Source of the DNA: Vermamoeba vermiformis
Taxonomy: Eukaryota
Length of the DNA: 64,000 nucleotides
Reading direction: 5' to 3'
Assembly (NCBI GenBank): GCA_045837725.1
Contig: JBEWZL010000291.1
Span: 1-64,000 of the forward strand
Positions 35,757 to 49,254 of this stretch are shown piece by piece (position 1 is the stretch's first letter; every line of letters starts with the position of its first letter). The translations under genes were made by a program, and so were the position numbers. The notes below the pieces were generated by a model. The model was not told the DNA's origin and ran no database searches. It saw only the letters and a program-made list of their open reading frames with translations.

Positions 35757-38700
35757 TCACTCATCTGCACCAAAGTGCATCGATTTCTTTGCTTCATTGT
35801 ATCTATCTTGCGCAGATTGCGAGTGCTTAATGTACTTCATCTCTTCTTCTACAGATATTTTGTGAGAATGAACCTCATTAATTTCGGAGCAAATGCTAAT
35901 AACGACCAGTTCTTCGATGAGACCGAGATTCTTGTACGCTGTTATCTACGACGAAAAATATTATTATTATTATTATTAGCCTGAAACAAGTGTAATTTTT
36001 ATAGCTCTTACCTTATGATGTCCGTCAATAATAAATAGTTCCTCGTACCATGCGATCGCTAACGCTGCAGGTCGCCGACCTTTTCGGATCTGTTCCTCGT
36101 AGTACTTTACACGCTCTTTGTTTAACAAATCAGATGGTTGAGTGAAGTATACGAGAGGATGGATTGGAAAGTCCGCTACAAAAATCTTGTTAGAAAGATC
36201 CGGATCTCGACAAGTATTGTTTTTACGTACTATCCCCCTCAGAGAGGTCACTGTCAGATGTATATTCAAACAGCCTGTAGTCTCCTCGTACTTGGACAGA
36301 AATTTCGTAAAAACCTGAAGAAAGGCATTTCATGAACGGCATCATTGTGTCAACCAGACTTTCAAAATCAATGTGACCCTTGTTAAGGACAGTTTCTAAA
36401 TAATATTATAAGTAACCGTTACTATCTGGTAAGTATTATTCTACGCACCTATTTGTTTCACGGCAGATTCAATACTCGTTTGCGAAAGTGACCGAGATCT
36501 GACCATGCAGCGAAAAATGGATCCATCATATTGTGGCCACGAAGAGATTATGGGCTGTCAAAATCAATCGTTATATATTTTGAATACTACGCGAATATGA
36601 CTTACCTCGCCGTTGAGTTTGAGTCCGGTAAGAAAACCGTGCTCGAGCACTAGAAGTCCTTCACCGTCATCAACATGCACAGCTTGACGGAAACATTCTG
36701 AGTATCGATTTCTTATGTAGTCATTTGTGAGAGATTTTTGAATTGATCGGAATGGATTTGTTGAATCTGGATCGGCTTTCGGATGCGCGATCCAGATTTG
36801 CTTTGCTGTGATTTCTTTGAACCAACTCTTTGATACTGCTGCAGTTTGACACGCGTCATTGAAGGTCAAGTAGCTGAATACCAATGATACAATCTCACGA
36901 GGGAGATTCAAAAACGTTCCCAAATTGTATTCGGGCTCAGATCTCCACAAAGTGTTCGACAAGCGGTAGTCCTATGATAATATTATAAGATTACATCGAC
37001 CTATTGACGCATATTATTCTTACGTCTGGCAACAGAGTTTGACTCTCGACAAAATAGCGCAATTTTTCTCCGTCTCTTGTTTCAGTATTTAACAACGTCT
37101 CAATCTCTTCTCGCGAAAAATTATTCAACGCGTGTTTCCAAAGAGCACGAATTGTCGATTCTTGGCGCATCAAGTCCCATTGGAACCGATTGAGAGCGAT
37201 CTTCTCTTGGATGTGCTTGTAGTCCCTGAACAGCTTCTCAATGGGCTTCAATTTCTCGCCGTAATTGATTTCGTATATTCGCTCAGTTATAAGGAACGCA
37301 ATAATATCACTCTTAATTAAAAAAGTTAGCATTAGAGGAAATTCGTGACCGTTGCGTGCCGCGCTTTTCTTGACCTAACCGCTCCACACCACTATCACCT
37401 AGACCTCTCTTATAAAATATTTATGTAGTAGCCCTCGGGCACTATATTTTTAAGATCTAAAAATAGGATTTGTTCTTGTGGGAGGCGGAGGCAGATCGAG
37501 TAAAGACAGCGCGGATCAAGCAACAAAAAATGTCCTTCAGATAAGAATTTTAAACTTACCGTACGCACATAGGGCCACATTGTCCATATTATAACGTAAT
37601 CTCCGTATAGTATCAGGTCCTCAATGATTTGTCGATCCAACTCAGGATCGTACGGCAGAGTTGACTTTAGCCTTTTGTTCAATATTAGACTACGGCCAGT
37701 ATGGACAGTATAAATATTACATACTCTAAAAGCTGTTTCAAAACATTGTACTGAAGGCACAGTGCCGCGACGCCAAACACATTTACACCATCCGGCATAA
37801 GTGTTTCGAACCGTCTCATCTTGTTGGTCTTAGCACGAAGATTTAGCGTTGGATTGATCAATCGAGCAGTATCGTTGTAGCCATACGCGCAAGCATAGAA
37901 AATTGCTAGCAATGAAATAGTTAGTTATCCGTGATCTGAAAAACTTGAATCGAGATCTTACCTAAATTGCCGTTTTTATCCTGCACCGTAATATCTGCGC
38001 CACGTGATAATAAATAATCAGCAGCTGGTTTTTTCTGGCCGTGAAAGTTCAACGCGTGTTGCAACGGCGTCTTTCCACAAACGACGTCACTCACTGACAA
38101 GCCTTCGTGCTCAATCAAGTATTGCAATATTTTCGTGCTGTGTCTGCATGCTAATTTTAGAGCTTTGTCCATTCGAGGGCTCTAAGCAATAAAATTTAAC
38201 AAAAAAATTGAAAAAGATTTGGATCTTACTTTGCTGTGCTTTAACATCTCCTTAAAGTACTCCACGTTCTCCTTTCGAATGGTTATTTCAATAGCGCTCT
38301 CTTTTTGCCGATAACTGCAGTCCGCTCCCTCTGGATTTGGGGCGAACGGATCTGTTGCTTTGGGGTGTGTCAAAATCATTCGCAGTTGCTCCACCGTTAA
38401 CTTTTCATTTGTAACTGCTATCGACAGAAAAGATTGCTGGTCTTCGAAGTAATCTACAGCAGTTAGCGTTAGTCATCTGTAACAAACCAGGTTACAAACA
38501 AGTTTGACCGAAATTAAACGCACCTATATCAAGGCTGTCCATTAAATTAAGTAATATTCGTAAAAGCTCGCCGTTACTCGGATCTCCGTTCTTGCACAAG
38601 GTAGAAATTGGATTATTAATTTTGTCGCTGAGTAAATTCTTCGTATGCTGCATTACCCGTTCTGAGGGATTATTCCAATTATATGATAAGTAGTTCTGAA

Positions 38701-38863
38701 TTTTTTCTTGATCATTCTGATTAATCCAATCAAAGATCTCGTTTTGATTTTGTCCACAAATCCACTCTTCTTGCAGCGCGTCAAATAATGTATCTGCATT
38801 TATATTTGCATCAGTAGTTGCATTCGAGGAAAGAAAATCGACAACAGGCTTGTTGTCCTCCAT
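35757..38863 (-). CDS. Ankyrin-repeat / F-box / ParB-Sulfiredoxin-like protein, paralogue A
   Basis: ANK: GKTPLQHAL…YLLSRGADITVQDKNG. F-box: FLNLPREIVSLVFSYLTFNDACQTAAVSKSW. C-terminal RVKYYEEQIRKGRRPAAL…LFIIDGHHK…AY. Confidence 0.75.
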
Positions 38864-38958
38864 TCTGAAGAGCCAAAAAATAATAATTGCTTGCAAGATC
38901 CGGTAGTTATAGTTCGTTTATTAAAGACAAGATTGTCTAATAAGGGCAGTGTTGGAAT

Positions 38959-41900
38959 CTAAAGGTCGCCAAACAATGAATGAAGGTCTGAATAGTTGTA
39001 GTCACGGATCATGTCACGCAATGTCAACAGATTGTGAAGCAACTTCGAAGGCTTGCTGGCGAACAAGCGAGAGTGATTCAGCACTGTGGTGATTAATTTG
39101 ATCATTGATGCGTTGTGAGGTCCTGATGGAGGCACCAAATCGTCACGTTCTTCGACGAAACCGTTGTGTTTGTCAAGTACTGTTGCACGACACAACGCGT
39201 TCCATGTCTCGTGCCACTTGTCAGAAGACAACTCTATTCCTGCAATAGTTTCATCGATGAAGTCCATCTTGTCAGGAACGACACTAAGAAGCATCATGAG
39301 TGCCGTCTTCTCTTGTTTGGAATAGCTCAAGTTGCCGTTGAGAAGTTTGAGCAGTGTGATGCATCGATGCTCGTCGTTGTTCGTGCCATGCATGTAGCGT
39401 AGATGATGAAACTCTGCTATTGAATTATTTGACTTGAGGAACGGGATCAACTCATTTGCTTCGAAGAGCGACACGAGAAGGAAGTGCGTCTTGGGGCCGT
39501 TGAATTTGATGACAACATCGATTGGTCGAATGTAGTTGGACAGCATGTGTGACTTCACTGTTGATAAGAAGTTCTTCGTAACATAGATGTTGTTGAGTAT
39601 ATCTGCCCTTTCGAACGCTCTGTTATTGCTCCATTCAGCGTCCAAAATTGTACCGAAAAATATGTGCTTAATTGGCAAAACAGGCAAAGCAGATATGGCA
39701 TCAAAGTGCGTGACTCGATCAAACGGCCAAGATCCCTCCTCGCTAGGTTCGACAAGGGGAGGTAGCTCTCGTTGTCGCTCCTCTTCGACTTCTTGTTGGA
39801 GTTCTCGTTCGTACTCTTCATTCACACTGCCAGAAATACGAGTTATCTTGCCAGTAGGAACAAGTTTGCAAGCGTGATTGATCAGATTGTCATACAGAGG
39901 ACGTGCTTTCTCGGTGAGCTGATATTCTTGACCAATCTCTCGACCCAACAACTCGCTCTTCGTTCTTGTTCCATGTTGATTGATGTGATCTTTCACGTTC
40001 ACGGACTTCAACGGAATGCCGTACATGTCTTCTGTTGCAAGTACCTCTTTTAACACCACCGCTTTGATGATATCTGTAGGCGTTATTGATGGGCTGGAGT
40101 GCAGCAAGTCCAATGCCATCGCCGCTGCATAGTGATGGAAGCCTTGTGATGCATATGTGATGATCGCTTCTTCTTGTGCTTTGATTGTGTTCTCAACGAC
40201 CCATTCGAGGATATGAACACTCGTTATTGCGTCCTCAGTGAGTTCTTGGTTGTGAGCCATTTGTTGAATCTTCATCGTCACTTCTGATGTGCCCCAGAAT
40301 GTCACATTGTGCAGTCCAACAACAAGCTTTCTCATGCGCATACAAGCTTGCATCAGTTTGTCTTTTGTGATACCAGTTGCAACCGTAACGAATGCATGAG
40401 ACTTTGTTGGGAATGGCAAGTCAGTGCCTCGAGTGTGAATGTCATCCAAGTACGTGAAGCACGAGTGCTCAAGCGGTCGACTGCTGCTCAGCTGAGTGCT
40501 GTTGCCATGTCTATCGATCAATGCCAATCTGTTGGACTCATCAAAGAAGATGCCTGTCTGAAAGCGAGGACAGATCTCGAGCACTTTCACAACAACTTCA
40601 CGGTTTGACATGCCTTCGATCAGTGCTCCGCTATCAATCAGCACATTCCAGTTGTCGTGACTGCACATCTCTTGTAAGATTCTCTCCGACTCGAACTCTT
40701 TTGGCAATGACTTGTATTGACGATTGTTGAACTTTTCGTTGGTCAGAACGTCAATCATTTTGCCGTTCGTCGACTCCACTGATGGAAGCGCCACTTGTCT
40801 GACGTACAGCGGAAGAGTGTGTTTGGTGTCATCAGTTCCCGAGAAGCCAACAACCTGTTCACACTAGTAAGTACGAGAAGTATGTATAATGGATGAGCAG
40901 CAACCTACCTTATCAGCGCTCTTTGCAAGGTCCCAAGAGTTTGCAATGATCTTTTCTGGGAATGACCGCGTGCCCAATGGAAGCACGAAGTTGTCAAGAT
41001 AGTATGCAATAACTTCGTAGTTACGACCAAAGTACAGTGTCAAATGCTGTGCAGGTATTAGTAAGTTACTCTTCAATGAGACGGTCTACTTACCTCCATC
41101 AAATTGACGTTCTCAACGTTCACTGCTTCGATCTTCTCAAGCAAAGTGACATACTTCGCGTTCATAATTGGCCTCGAGATCATGTACCATGTGCGATAGA
41201 TCTCTCGCTGTTCGTTGATTCCTTTCGTTTTCAAGTACACAAAGCATGATTTGACAGCTTCTGAGTCGATTCCAGCGCTATGTGCCAATATCGTGAGTGT
41301 GATCGCCATGTCTGGTTGACCGAACTCCACTCCATCTGCTGGCGTGTCTTTGCCTCTGAACGGAACTGCCATCGGTACTGCCCTACGTTTGTCGATACCA
41401 TAGTGAATGCGATGACGCTTCATCAGCGATGCCTTGAGCACTTCAAACGATAGCAATCCACGAAGCACAAACACAGGTACTCTGATTGACTTGTCAAGCA
41501 CCAACTTGTTCTTGAATGCATCGCACTTCTTGTCGCCGTCAGGAGTATCAGGATAGTTGTTCAGCACGAAGTCCTCAACTTGCTTCAACTCGTCAGGAGA
41601 CTTTCCTTTTGCAATCCGTAGCCAAACAGGATCAACTTGAAAGACACTAAATAGACTTGCTCTGAATGCCTCGAAGAAGTCTTCGTTGATTAAGCGAATG
41701 ACGGGAAGTACGTGCGGCTCTCCTGCACCAGGATGAAAGATGAAGTGTGCCGTTGAGGCTTTCATTACGTTATATAGCTTCTCGAGCTTTGATGGTCCGT
41801 CGCAACTGCTGTCAAGATATCTGCCTGGTACAGCATCCCTGTTCATTTGATACAAGTTGGCCATGAAGATGCATCGAACAAGTGCCAAATGAACGTTCCA

Positions 41901-44900
41901 TCGCGAGCTGCCTCCTTCAATCAACTGTTGATCACCAAGTGTGTAGATCAGTTGGTACTTGTGACGAAGAATCTCATCGCTCTCGTCAAGCAGTTCGAGA
42001 ATTGGTGCATCGATGATGCCTATGTCATATAATTAGCCATAGTTAGATCGAAACACACCATTACCTTTGAAATTCTCAACTGCCAAGCTGTTGTTTTGCT
42101 TAGGGTACGTGGCCTGCCTTAAGACTTCTCTGTATTTGAGTTGCATGCTCAAGCGATGCTCTGGAGTTGACAATATGATACCGCCATGAAGCTTGCATTC
42201 TTCGAATTGCCTTCGCAACTCATCCATTGCTTGAGGTGTTAAGGGCACATTGCGTTGAAATGGAAACAAATAGATTCGCTTTCCAAGCATATTGCCAAGT
42301 GCGAGTTTAAGATAGTTGTGAACTTCGTGAAATAGTGACGGGAGTACGTTGACCCGAACGAGAGTTTGTCCGTTTGCCAAAACGCTGCACAAGATCGGAA
42401 CAATCACTTTCGACTTGCCTTCGCCCATGTTCAACTGAAGGACAATGTTCCTTTCTTCGAGAAACTTCGTGGCAATCTCCACTTGGATTGATCGAATGCA
42501 CACTCGTCGCTCCATCTCGAAGATGAGCCATTCAGGGTGTTGACGCGGACTCCACTCTCGCCTATCTGACAGCTCTGCGAACAGTTGCGATTCAAATCCT
42601 TGGCGATCGCCCTCATCGGTAAGCGAGTGCAAGTCGTTCAAGAGCTCAATGATCCGTGCCAACTTGACGAAATGAACCTGAAGGATTGCGAAACGCAACG
42701 CTAGTTCATGCAAAACATTGGCATCTTGGAGACAAGGGTTGATCGCATGATATTGATAGCCATTCTTGAGGAGCGAAGGAATTATGCGAGGATGAGGTCT
42801 TGTTAGTAAATTCGTCATCTTCCATAGGTTTAGCAGTGGAAGGTCAACGCTCATCAAGACCCGCACAATCTCTGACCAGGTTCTGTTGCGCTTGTTGATA
42901 ATTTCATCCTTCAAATTGACGTAATTGTCTAAATTCATGTCAATCTTTGGCGTTGGTTGCTGTGAATAAATGTGCTTTTGGTAGCTATCTTTCAGCTCGT
43001 TGACAATCTTAGACTGAATTTCTGCGCTTCCTTCGATTGACTGAATTTGTAATGGAAAGTCAACTGGCTTTGCCTCTCCTTCGTAAACGTTGAGAAGCTC
43101 TTGAATTTCATCTAGTTTGTCATTCAGTGCCCTTCTTTCTGCTGCCTTCGTTCTATCTTTTGCTATTGAACTTAGTCGCTCTAATATCGCCGATTCTTCT
43201 AATTTAAGCGCGTTAATATCTACTGACGGCTTAACCTGTGAACTGGCAAATTCGTAAGACGCTCCAAGCCTTTGCTCGAAGAATTCCACTCCGCTACAGA
43301 ACTTATTCAGCGGTTCTAACTCCAAGTCCATGACATCAAGATTGATTGCTGGCCATGTAAACGTCAATTGCCGAGAAGGGCTGAACGAAACTGTCTCTTT
43401 CAACGTAAAGGACGAAGACTTGACATTGATGGGTCTGGCAAGCTCATCAAGATAGTCCCATAATAACCGCCCGAGTAACCGAGTGTTGTGCAAATTTTTC
43501 AGCCTCTTCAAAAACCTGGTTCGCCACGTAACGTTGAACGAACGGAAGTAGTCCTCTTTCTCTTCAAATGATGACGAAGGACAACCATTTTCGTCCAAAT
43601 AATTGCTAGAGTAGATTTGCCAAGCTGTTTCCTTGTTCTGCGATGTGTCATCTCGAGGAATTAGTTGTCTGAAATCATCCTCATTGACAATTCCATAGCA
43701 GCGAATAGAACTGCTCTCCAGTAAGCGGCGGTCGGGACGCACGAGGTTTGGCGTTGTCATTGTGCAATAGATACACTGCAAAAGCACCAATTCAGCCGAA
43801 TTTTTTAGCAAGGCATTGTGAGCCAAGAAGGTCAAATACGTCAGCACTTCATCGGGTTTTCGGTGCTCCAGCTGCTTGATAAACCAGAAAAACATTTGTT
43901 CGTTGCCAGCCTGTCCCAAAGCCTGCCATTCTGAAGGAAGATTGCCTACAAACGGCGATATCGTTACTTCCTGAATATTGCATTAGTACTCTAAAATGCC
44001 TTGATTTAATTTCCGTTTGAAACCTACCCTATTGAATAAGCGTCTAATCGGGAATGAGGATGGCAACGTTTCTTTCGAAAAAAATATTGTCGGAACGTTG
44101 GTGAAGTATTTGCCAGGCGAGTAACTCTTAAGGACTAGATATCTCTTAAGATAACGTTCAATGCTCTCATCCAACGTTGCTCCGGCAGGTAAAAGGTGCT
44201 TTGTCTTGAAATACTTCTTCGCTTGGTCGGCAATGAAATCTTCATCTATTTTGATTATCTTGGCTTCACCTTGCGGGGTTAAGAATAACAGCCTCGTTGA
44301 TTCAGAATAGAGATGATATACAAGGAGCTTGATAGAGTAAACCATCGGCGAGTATTCCTTCAACTTCAGAAGATCTTTCATCGCCTCTACCTCTGCGACA
44401 GAATATACATTGTTCTGCCAGCATTGATGAAGCAAATAGAGTGCTTGTTGAAGCCCAGTAGTCTGAGTTAAGGGATCTATGGTGTATGAATACTTCGCGT
44501 AAATATGTGCCAGCACTAAGCGCGACAATGTCGTTGATGGTATCAAGCGCTGTTGTACGTCGTCAAATTCGTACGGATATATTTGGTCTTCTCTGGAAAT
44601 CAAGACGATGGGTAACTTCGTGCTGTGGGCGCTTGCAGGTTGAATATACAGGTATCTGGAGAAGAGTGGAAACGTTGGTACCACTTGGACATCAGCGAGT
44701 TTGTAGCCCGGGTAGTTGTCTGAAATGATTTCTCCGCTCTCTTTGATCGTAAACGTCAAATTGAACTTCATATAGGTTACTTGGCACTCTTTAGGTGAAG
44801 ATCTTGTGCATAGTATGTTCTCCACTTTGTCAATTCTGTACAGAACCTTCATTAAGCTGCACAACCGGTCGTCTTTGGCATTCAGCAGCTGATTTCTCTT

Positions 44901-47900
44901 GCCCTTGTCATTTACGTAGCACTCGCCCGTGTCAAGCTTCATCCAATAGCTAAAGTCAGTTCGTCTGAAATCTGGTGGACGAAATTCGATGACGCCGTTC
45001 TCGAAATCAATCCAGTGTGCCATTTCATTAACGAGTATCGTTGGTAGGTTCGAACGTGCCAAGAAATTTCGTGGTAGCAGTGTGAGCTTTCTTCCATCTT
45101 CGTGCTGTTCTTGAATAAAAGGAAACTGCTCTAAGCTCTTCCAAAAGCCAAACTTGAACGTGCGCTGACCAAAGGGCAATGAAACATACTCGTTGTTGAC
45201 GCGTTGCACGATGAAATTTGTGTTCTTCATCACTTCTTGGTATAGAGGTGACTGAACTATAATCGATGGAAGCTCTGATACTGTGAACCCCTCTCGAAGA
45301 ATCAAACCAGATATTGGGTTGACCGAGTACGGGCCGCTCGAATACCAATCTGTAAATCGACCATCCTCGCGCGTCATTCTTCTCCACGATAAATCTTCTT
45401 GCCCGACATCAACTCCGTCTTTGATTAAATAATAAAGCAGAGCAGGATCTCTTGTTATTAGCTCGTGAATGCGACTTGTATTGTTGAATGCATGAGCGTC
45501 GACTATCATGAGCAAGCCATCAATGTCAGCTGTAATGTTATTTCCAACAACGCTTTTTTGTCGCTGCAATGCCGATCGATAGCTTAAGTATTGTCCTGTA
45601 ACTTCGCGTGATGCAAGGAGCAGGTACGCGTAAAACTGAATGAGTAGCAATCTCCATTTAAGGACGAGCTCCGGTCTAGTGATGAACTCTCTGATCAGCT
45701 CCTCGACTTCTTTGGTCCATTCTATTATTACTGCACGTGCTTTGATTAAAAGATTATCGAACTCTTGTTCCAGTCCAAACTGTGCAACAAATGTCGAAAT
45801 CTCGATGATGAGTCGTAATGTAGCGTGCGATTCCCAGTTCTGGTGGGTGGTGGATAATTTCGCTGACAAAACTTGATAGAGCTCGGTTAGCCAGGTTTCA
45901 TCAAACAAATCCTGCTTCCAGCTCCACTTGCACGCTGCTTCGGGTGAGATCGGACCTACTTCATACAACACTCGTTGAGCCAAGATAAGGAAGTCGCTGT
46001 TGTTAATTTGTTTGTCTGACAGTGACTTCAGCGTCATGACGAGTTCTCTGATCTGCAAGTTGGGCGCTGCACGGACTCTTCCGAACGATATGAACTCGCT
46101 CTTTGTCATCGTTGCTGGCATTTTGTGTTGAGATGCCAGAACCTCGTTCTCGGTATGGTTTGAGTCGGCCATCCAAGGCAAGTTTGCAAGAGGTCCATTC
46201 AATTGGTATTGGTACTTAGTTACATCAAATTTGAATGGATCCGATTCGTCTAAGCTGCTTCCGCCCAGTGAAACCAAAGCATTGAAGTCGGGATAAACTA
46301 TGTCAACTGTGAACGTAGAATGCTTTTTGAAATGAGAATCCGTCGCCAGTGGCTTTCGTGTGCTGACTAATGATACCTTCGAAGAGTGTCTCTTCAGCTG
46401 AAGCCCGTTGTCTAACGCCCAGTTCACACAGTCGACCGTTGTTAGAGTAGCACTACCAAATTCGCTCGAATGCAACTTGTATGCATTAGTGATTACTGAT
46501 CCATAAGCGATTATGATTTGTGGTTGGGTTGTGAAGAACATGACTTGTTTGGCGAGCTCATCCTTCGCAGGCAGCGGATTAACCACTTGAGTCGATGTTT
46601 GCATCAGCCTCTTCAGTTCGAGGCAACGATCACAATGTTTTATGACACGCTGCTTTTCGTTTTTCTCGCACTTGCACGCCTCATCCTGTAGCGTTGAGTA
46701 CTGTTGTTGGATTTGATCTAACTTGTTTTGGCGCTCAATCTTCCTTTTTCTCTCATTTTCTCGCTCTACGGCCAAGAGGCTCTTCATGTCCTCTTTTGAG
46801 TCGAAATACTTTTGAGCAAAATCTTGCGTTACTGAAGGGCACTCGTAGTCGAATAGACCGTTGTAGCCCAATAATCGCTTGCGCTCAATTAGAGCAGCTG
46901 CTGTCTCCATTAGAAAGCGTTCTCTGAAAGTGAGACTCTCCAAAAGATCAACGGGAAGTGCCATGCCAACATTCGTAAACAAGTCCGGCCATCGTACACG
47001 AGCAATGCAATCGACCAAAGCAGTCAAACACCACACTGCCAAGACCTCTCGACTGCGTCGCTCGGCTGACGTCTTCTTCACTTTGGCAACTAATGCTGTG
47101 TAGGCATCTGATAAGCTCCGTAGATTGCTAGCCCAGGCATCAAGATCCCCGTCTACATGTTGTGCACGCACGAGATTGAAGAGATGATAGATGAAGGACT
47201 CGGTTCCTTGCAGCATTAGAGAGGCCGTGAACATCGCCAACTCGGGCTTCTGTTTTGTAACAATGACCAGCGCCCGTTCTATTTCGTGCGTGGTGGAATT
47301 AAGCAACGCAAAGGCTGAGCTCGGGTTGATGGATGTTACAAACTCTGCCGGATTGACAATTGACGAAAACTCCTCTTTCAAGAAGTTGATCTCAACGTTC
47401 GAGCCAGCTTTCAGCGACCGCAGTATTTCTGGGGCCGGAAGAGCAAACCTGCCTAAAACGAGCGTTAAATTGGTCCTATGCTGATTAATTGCCTATTTAC
47501 CAGATATGCCCTGCACATCAATTTTGCTCGGCAATCGCTCCTTCAGCATACGCTGCTTGAGGACTTGCGGATAGAAATCATCAATTCGCTGCTGCATAGG
47601 CTGGCACTTTGTCGTAATGAACGTGATGACTTTCTCTGCCGCACTGTTCAGTGCTAGTAGCTTTCGTGATCTTAGGCCAATACGCTGCAGCATCTCCGCC
47701 TGCACTGCCGCACGATCTTGCTCTATCATAACCTCTTTGTGGCTCAACCTGTTGTATTGCAAAGCGAGCCAAGTCTTGAAGCCCAACACCAGGATTTTGT
47801 ATTGCTCCAACGAGAAACCACCCCATCTCTGAGCCAGAGCAGTTGCAAACCGGATGGAGTTCCAGTGGATAGATCTGCGCCAGGGCACGCCCTGACCGAC

Positions 47901-48623
47901 GAAGTTCTTGAGGGATCCAACAGTCTTCAGAGCATCGAGCGATGTTTCCACGAGAATGGTTTCTTTTGATAGTAATGGCAGTAGCCACTCGATAATGTAC
48001 GTGGGTGTCGGTGGTTTTCTATTATCGGGAAGCTGACTTGCGCGGCTTTTCCCCAACGGATACGCACCAGAAAACTCGTTGAGCTGCAGGTCAGCCATAT
48101 AATGTAACCATCTGTCGGTAATTCTAGCCTTCTCCACTCTAAATATTGCTTTAGGCAGAGCGATACGCCACGTGCGTGTGAATCCATCATCTTCTACAGG
48201 GTAGACCGAGGAATAGTTAGTGCGACGTAGCTCCATGGGCACAAATAGCAAGTGACCTGCCGACTCTTTGTCGGCGAACACCACAATGTCACATGAGTGG
48301 TACGGAAAGTGCAACACGATGAAGCTGCCTAAGAACGCGGTTAATTGGATCGAGAAGCAATGAGATCTTGAGATACTTACTCTCTGATAACGAATTTATG
48401 GCACGTCGAGTTTTAGCGCAGACATCCTTTAACGAATTAGTAGCATTTCGGTAAATGTCCAAAGTGCTCTGCCAGCTGATTCGCAAAGAGGTGACAAAAA
48501 GTGGATCTAATCCGGGCAGTTTTGTGATGAAACTTGATGCTAGGTAAGCAATGAATGACTCTATGTATATAGAGAAGCGAGCATCTTTGGCATAGTTTGG
48601 TTTGTTGAAGAGCGGAAATACAT
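38959..48623 (-). CDS. Giant DUF3638/DUF3645-family protein (SF2-helicase-like P-loop core), ~3,000 aa
   Basis: HPEWLIFEME, QLNMGEGKS, TPEHRLS, LDESDEIL, AVPFRGKDTP…EFGQPD, GFSGTDD, LIDSGALI, YLDDIHTRGTDL, KDKLMQACMRMRKL, EEYERELQQEVEEERQ. The start codon is uncertain; extra 5' exons to ~48780 are possible. Confidence 0.85.
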
Positions 48624-48939
48624 TTAAATAGACGTCTGAAAAAATTGAAAATAATTAATCTTCGCCTTCATATTGATCCCCGCACTCGATTACCTTCGAT
48701 TTCACCATCCTAAAATTTTTTAAAATTAAAATAAGCCAAAATTAATTTTGGATCGTGTTACCAACCTTTGAAGATTCCATTGCACCATTTGTAGCTCCAA
48801 TAAATTACCGATGCAAAAAATAGTTTTCAAATTAACCACAGTTAACATTATCTGTGGATGCAGATCATTGTCGGCCTATCGACTAAAATTTATGAAACAA
48901 TTTTTCGAAACGACAAATTTATTGGGATAGCCCGAACCC

Positions 48940-49170
48940 TCAAGAATTAGCATTGACTCTTCGCTCGTATCTTTCATTAGGAGCCTTGAGTGTACGGACG
49001 TACTTCATGTTCGTATTTGCAGTACAAAGGTGTCAAAACTAAGGAAAAAAAGTCTAGCTTACCTTGTGACGTCCGTCAATAATAAACAGCGCCACATTTG
49101 CGTGAATTGAAGGCAGCTGGTCGGCACCTGCTTCGAATCTTCTCCATATAGTACTCTCATCGAGTAAGAG
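48940..49170 (-). pseudogene. Degenerate third copy of the ParB-like 3' end of the ANK/F-box genes
   Basis: EYYMEKIRSRCRPAA, a frameshift, then LFIIDGRHK followed by the same GTAAG donor as in the paralogues. Confidence 0.65.
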
Positions 49171-49254
49171 TACCATGAGTATGGCGCCGTTAAAAAGAAT
49201 GGCATTACGAGTTGTTGATTTATTTGTAAATCGGATGTGATCGCGGGGCTTCCT

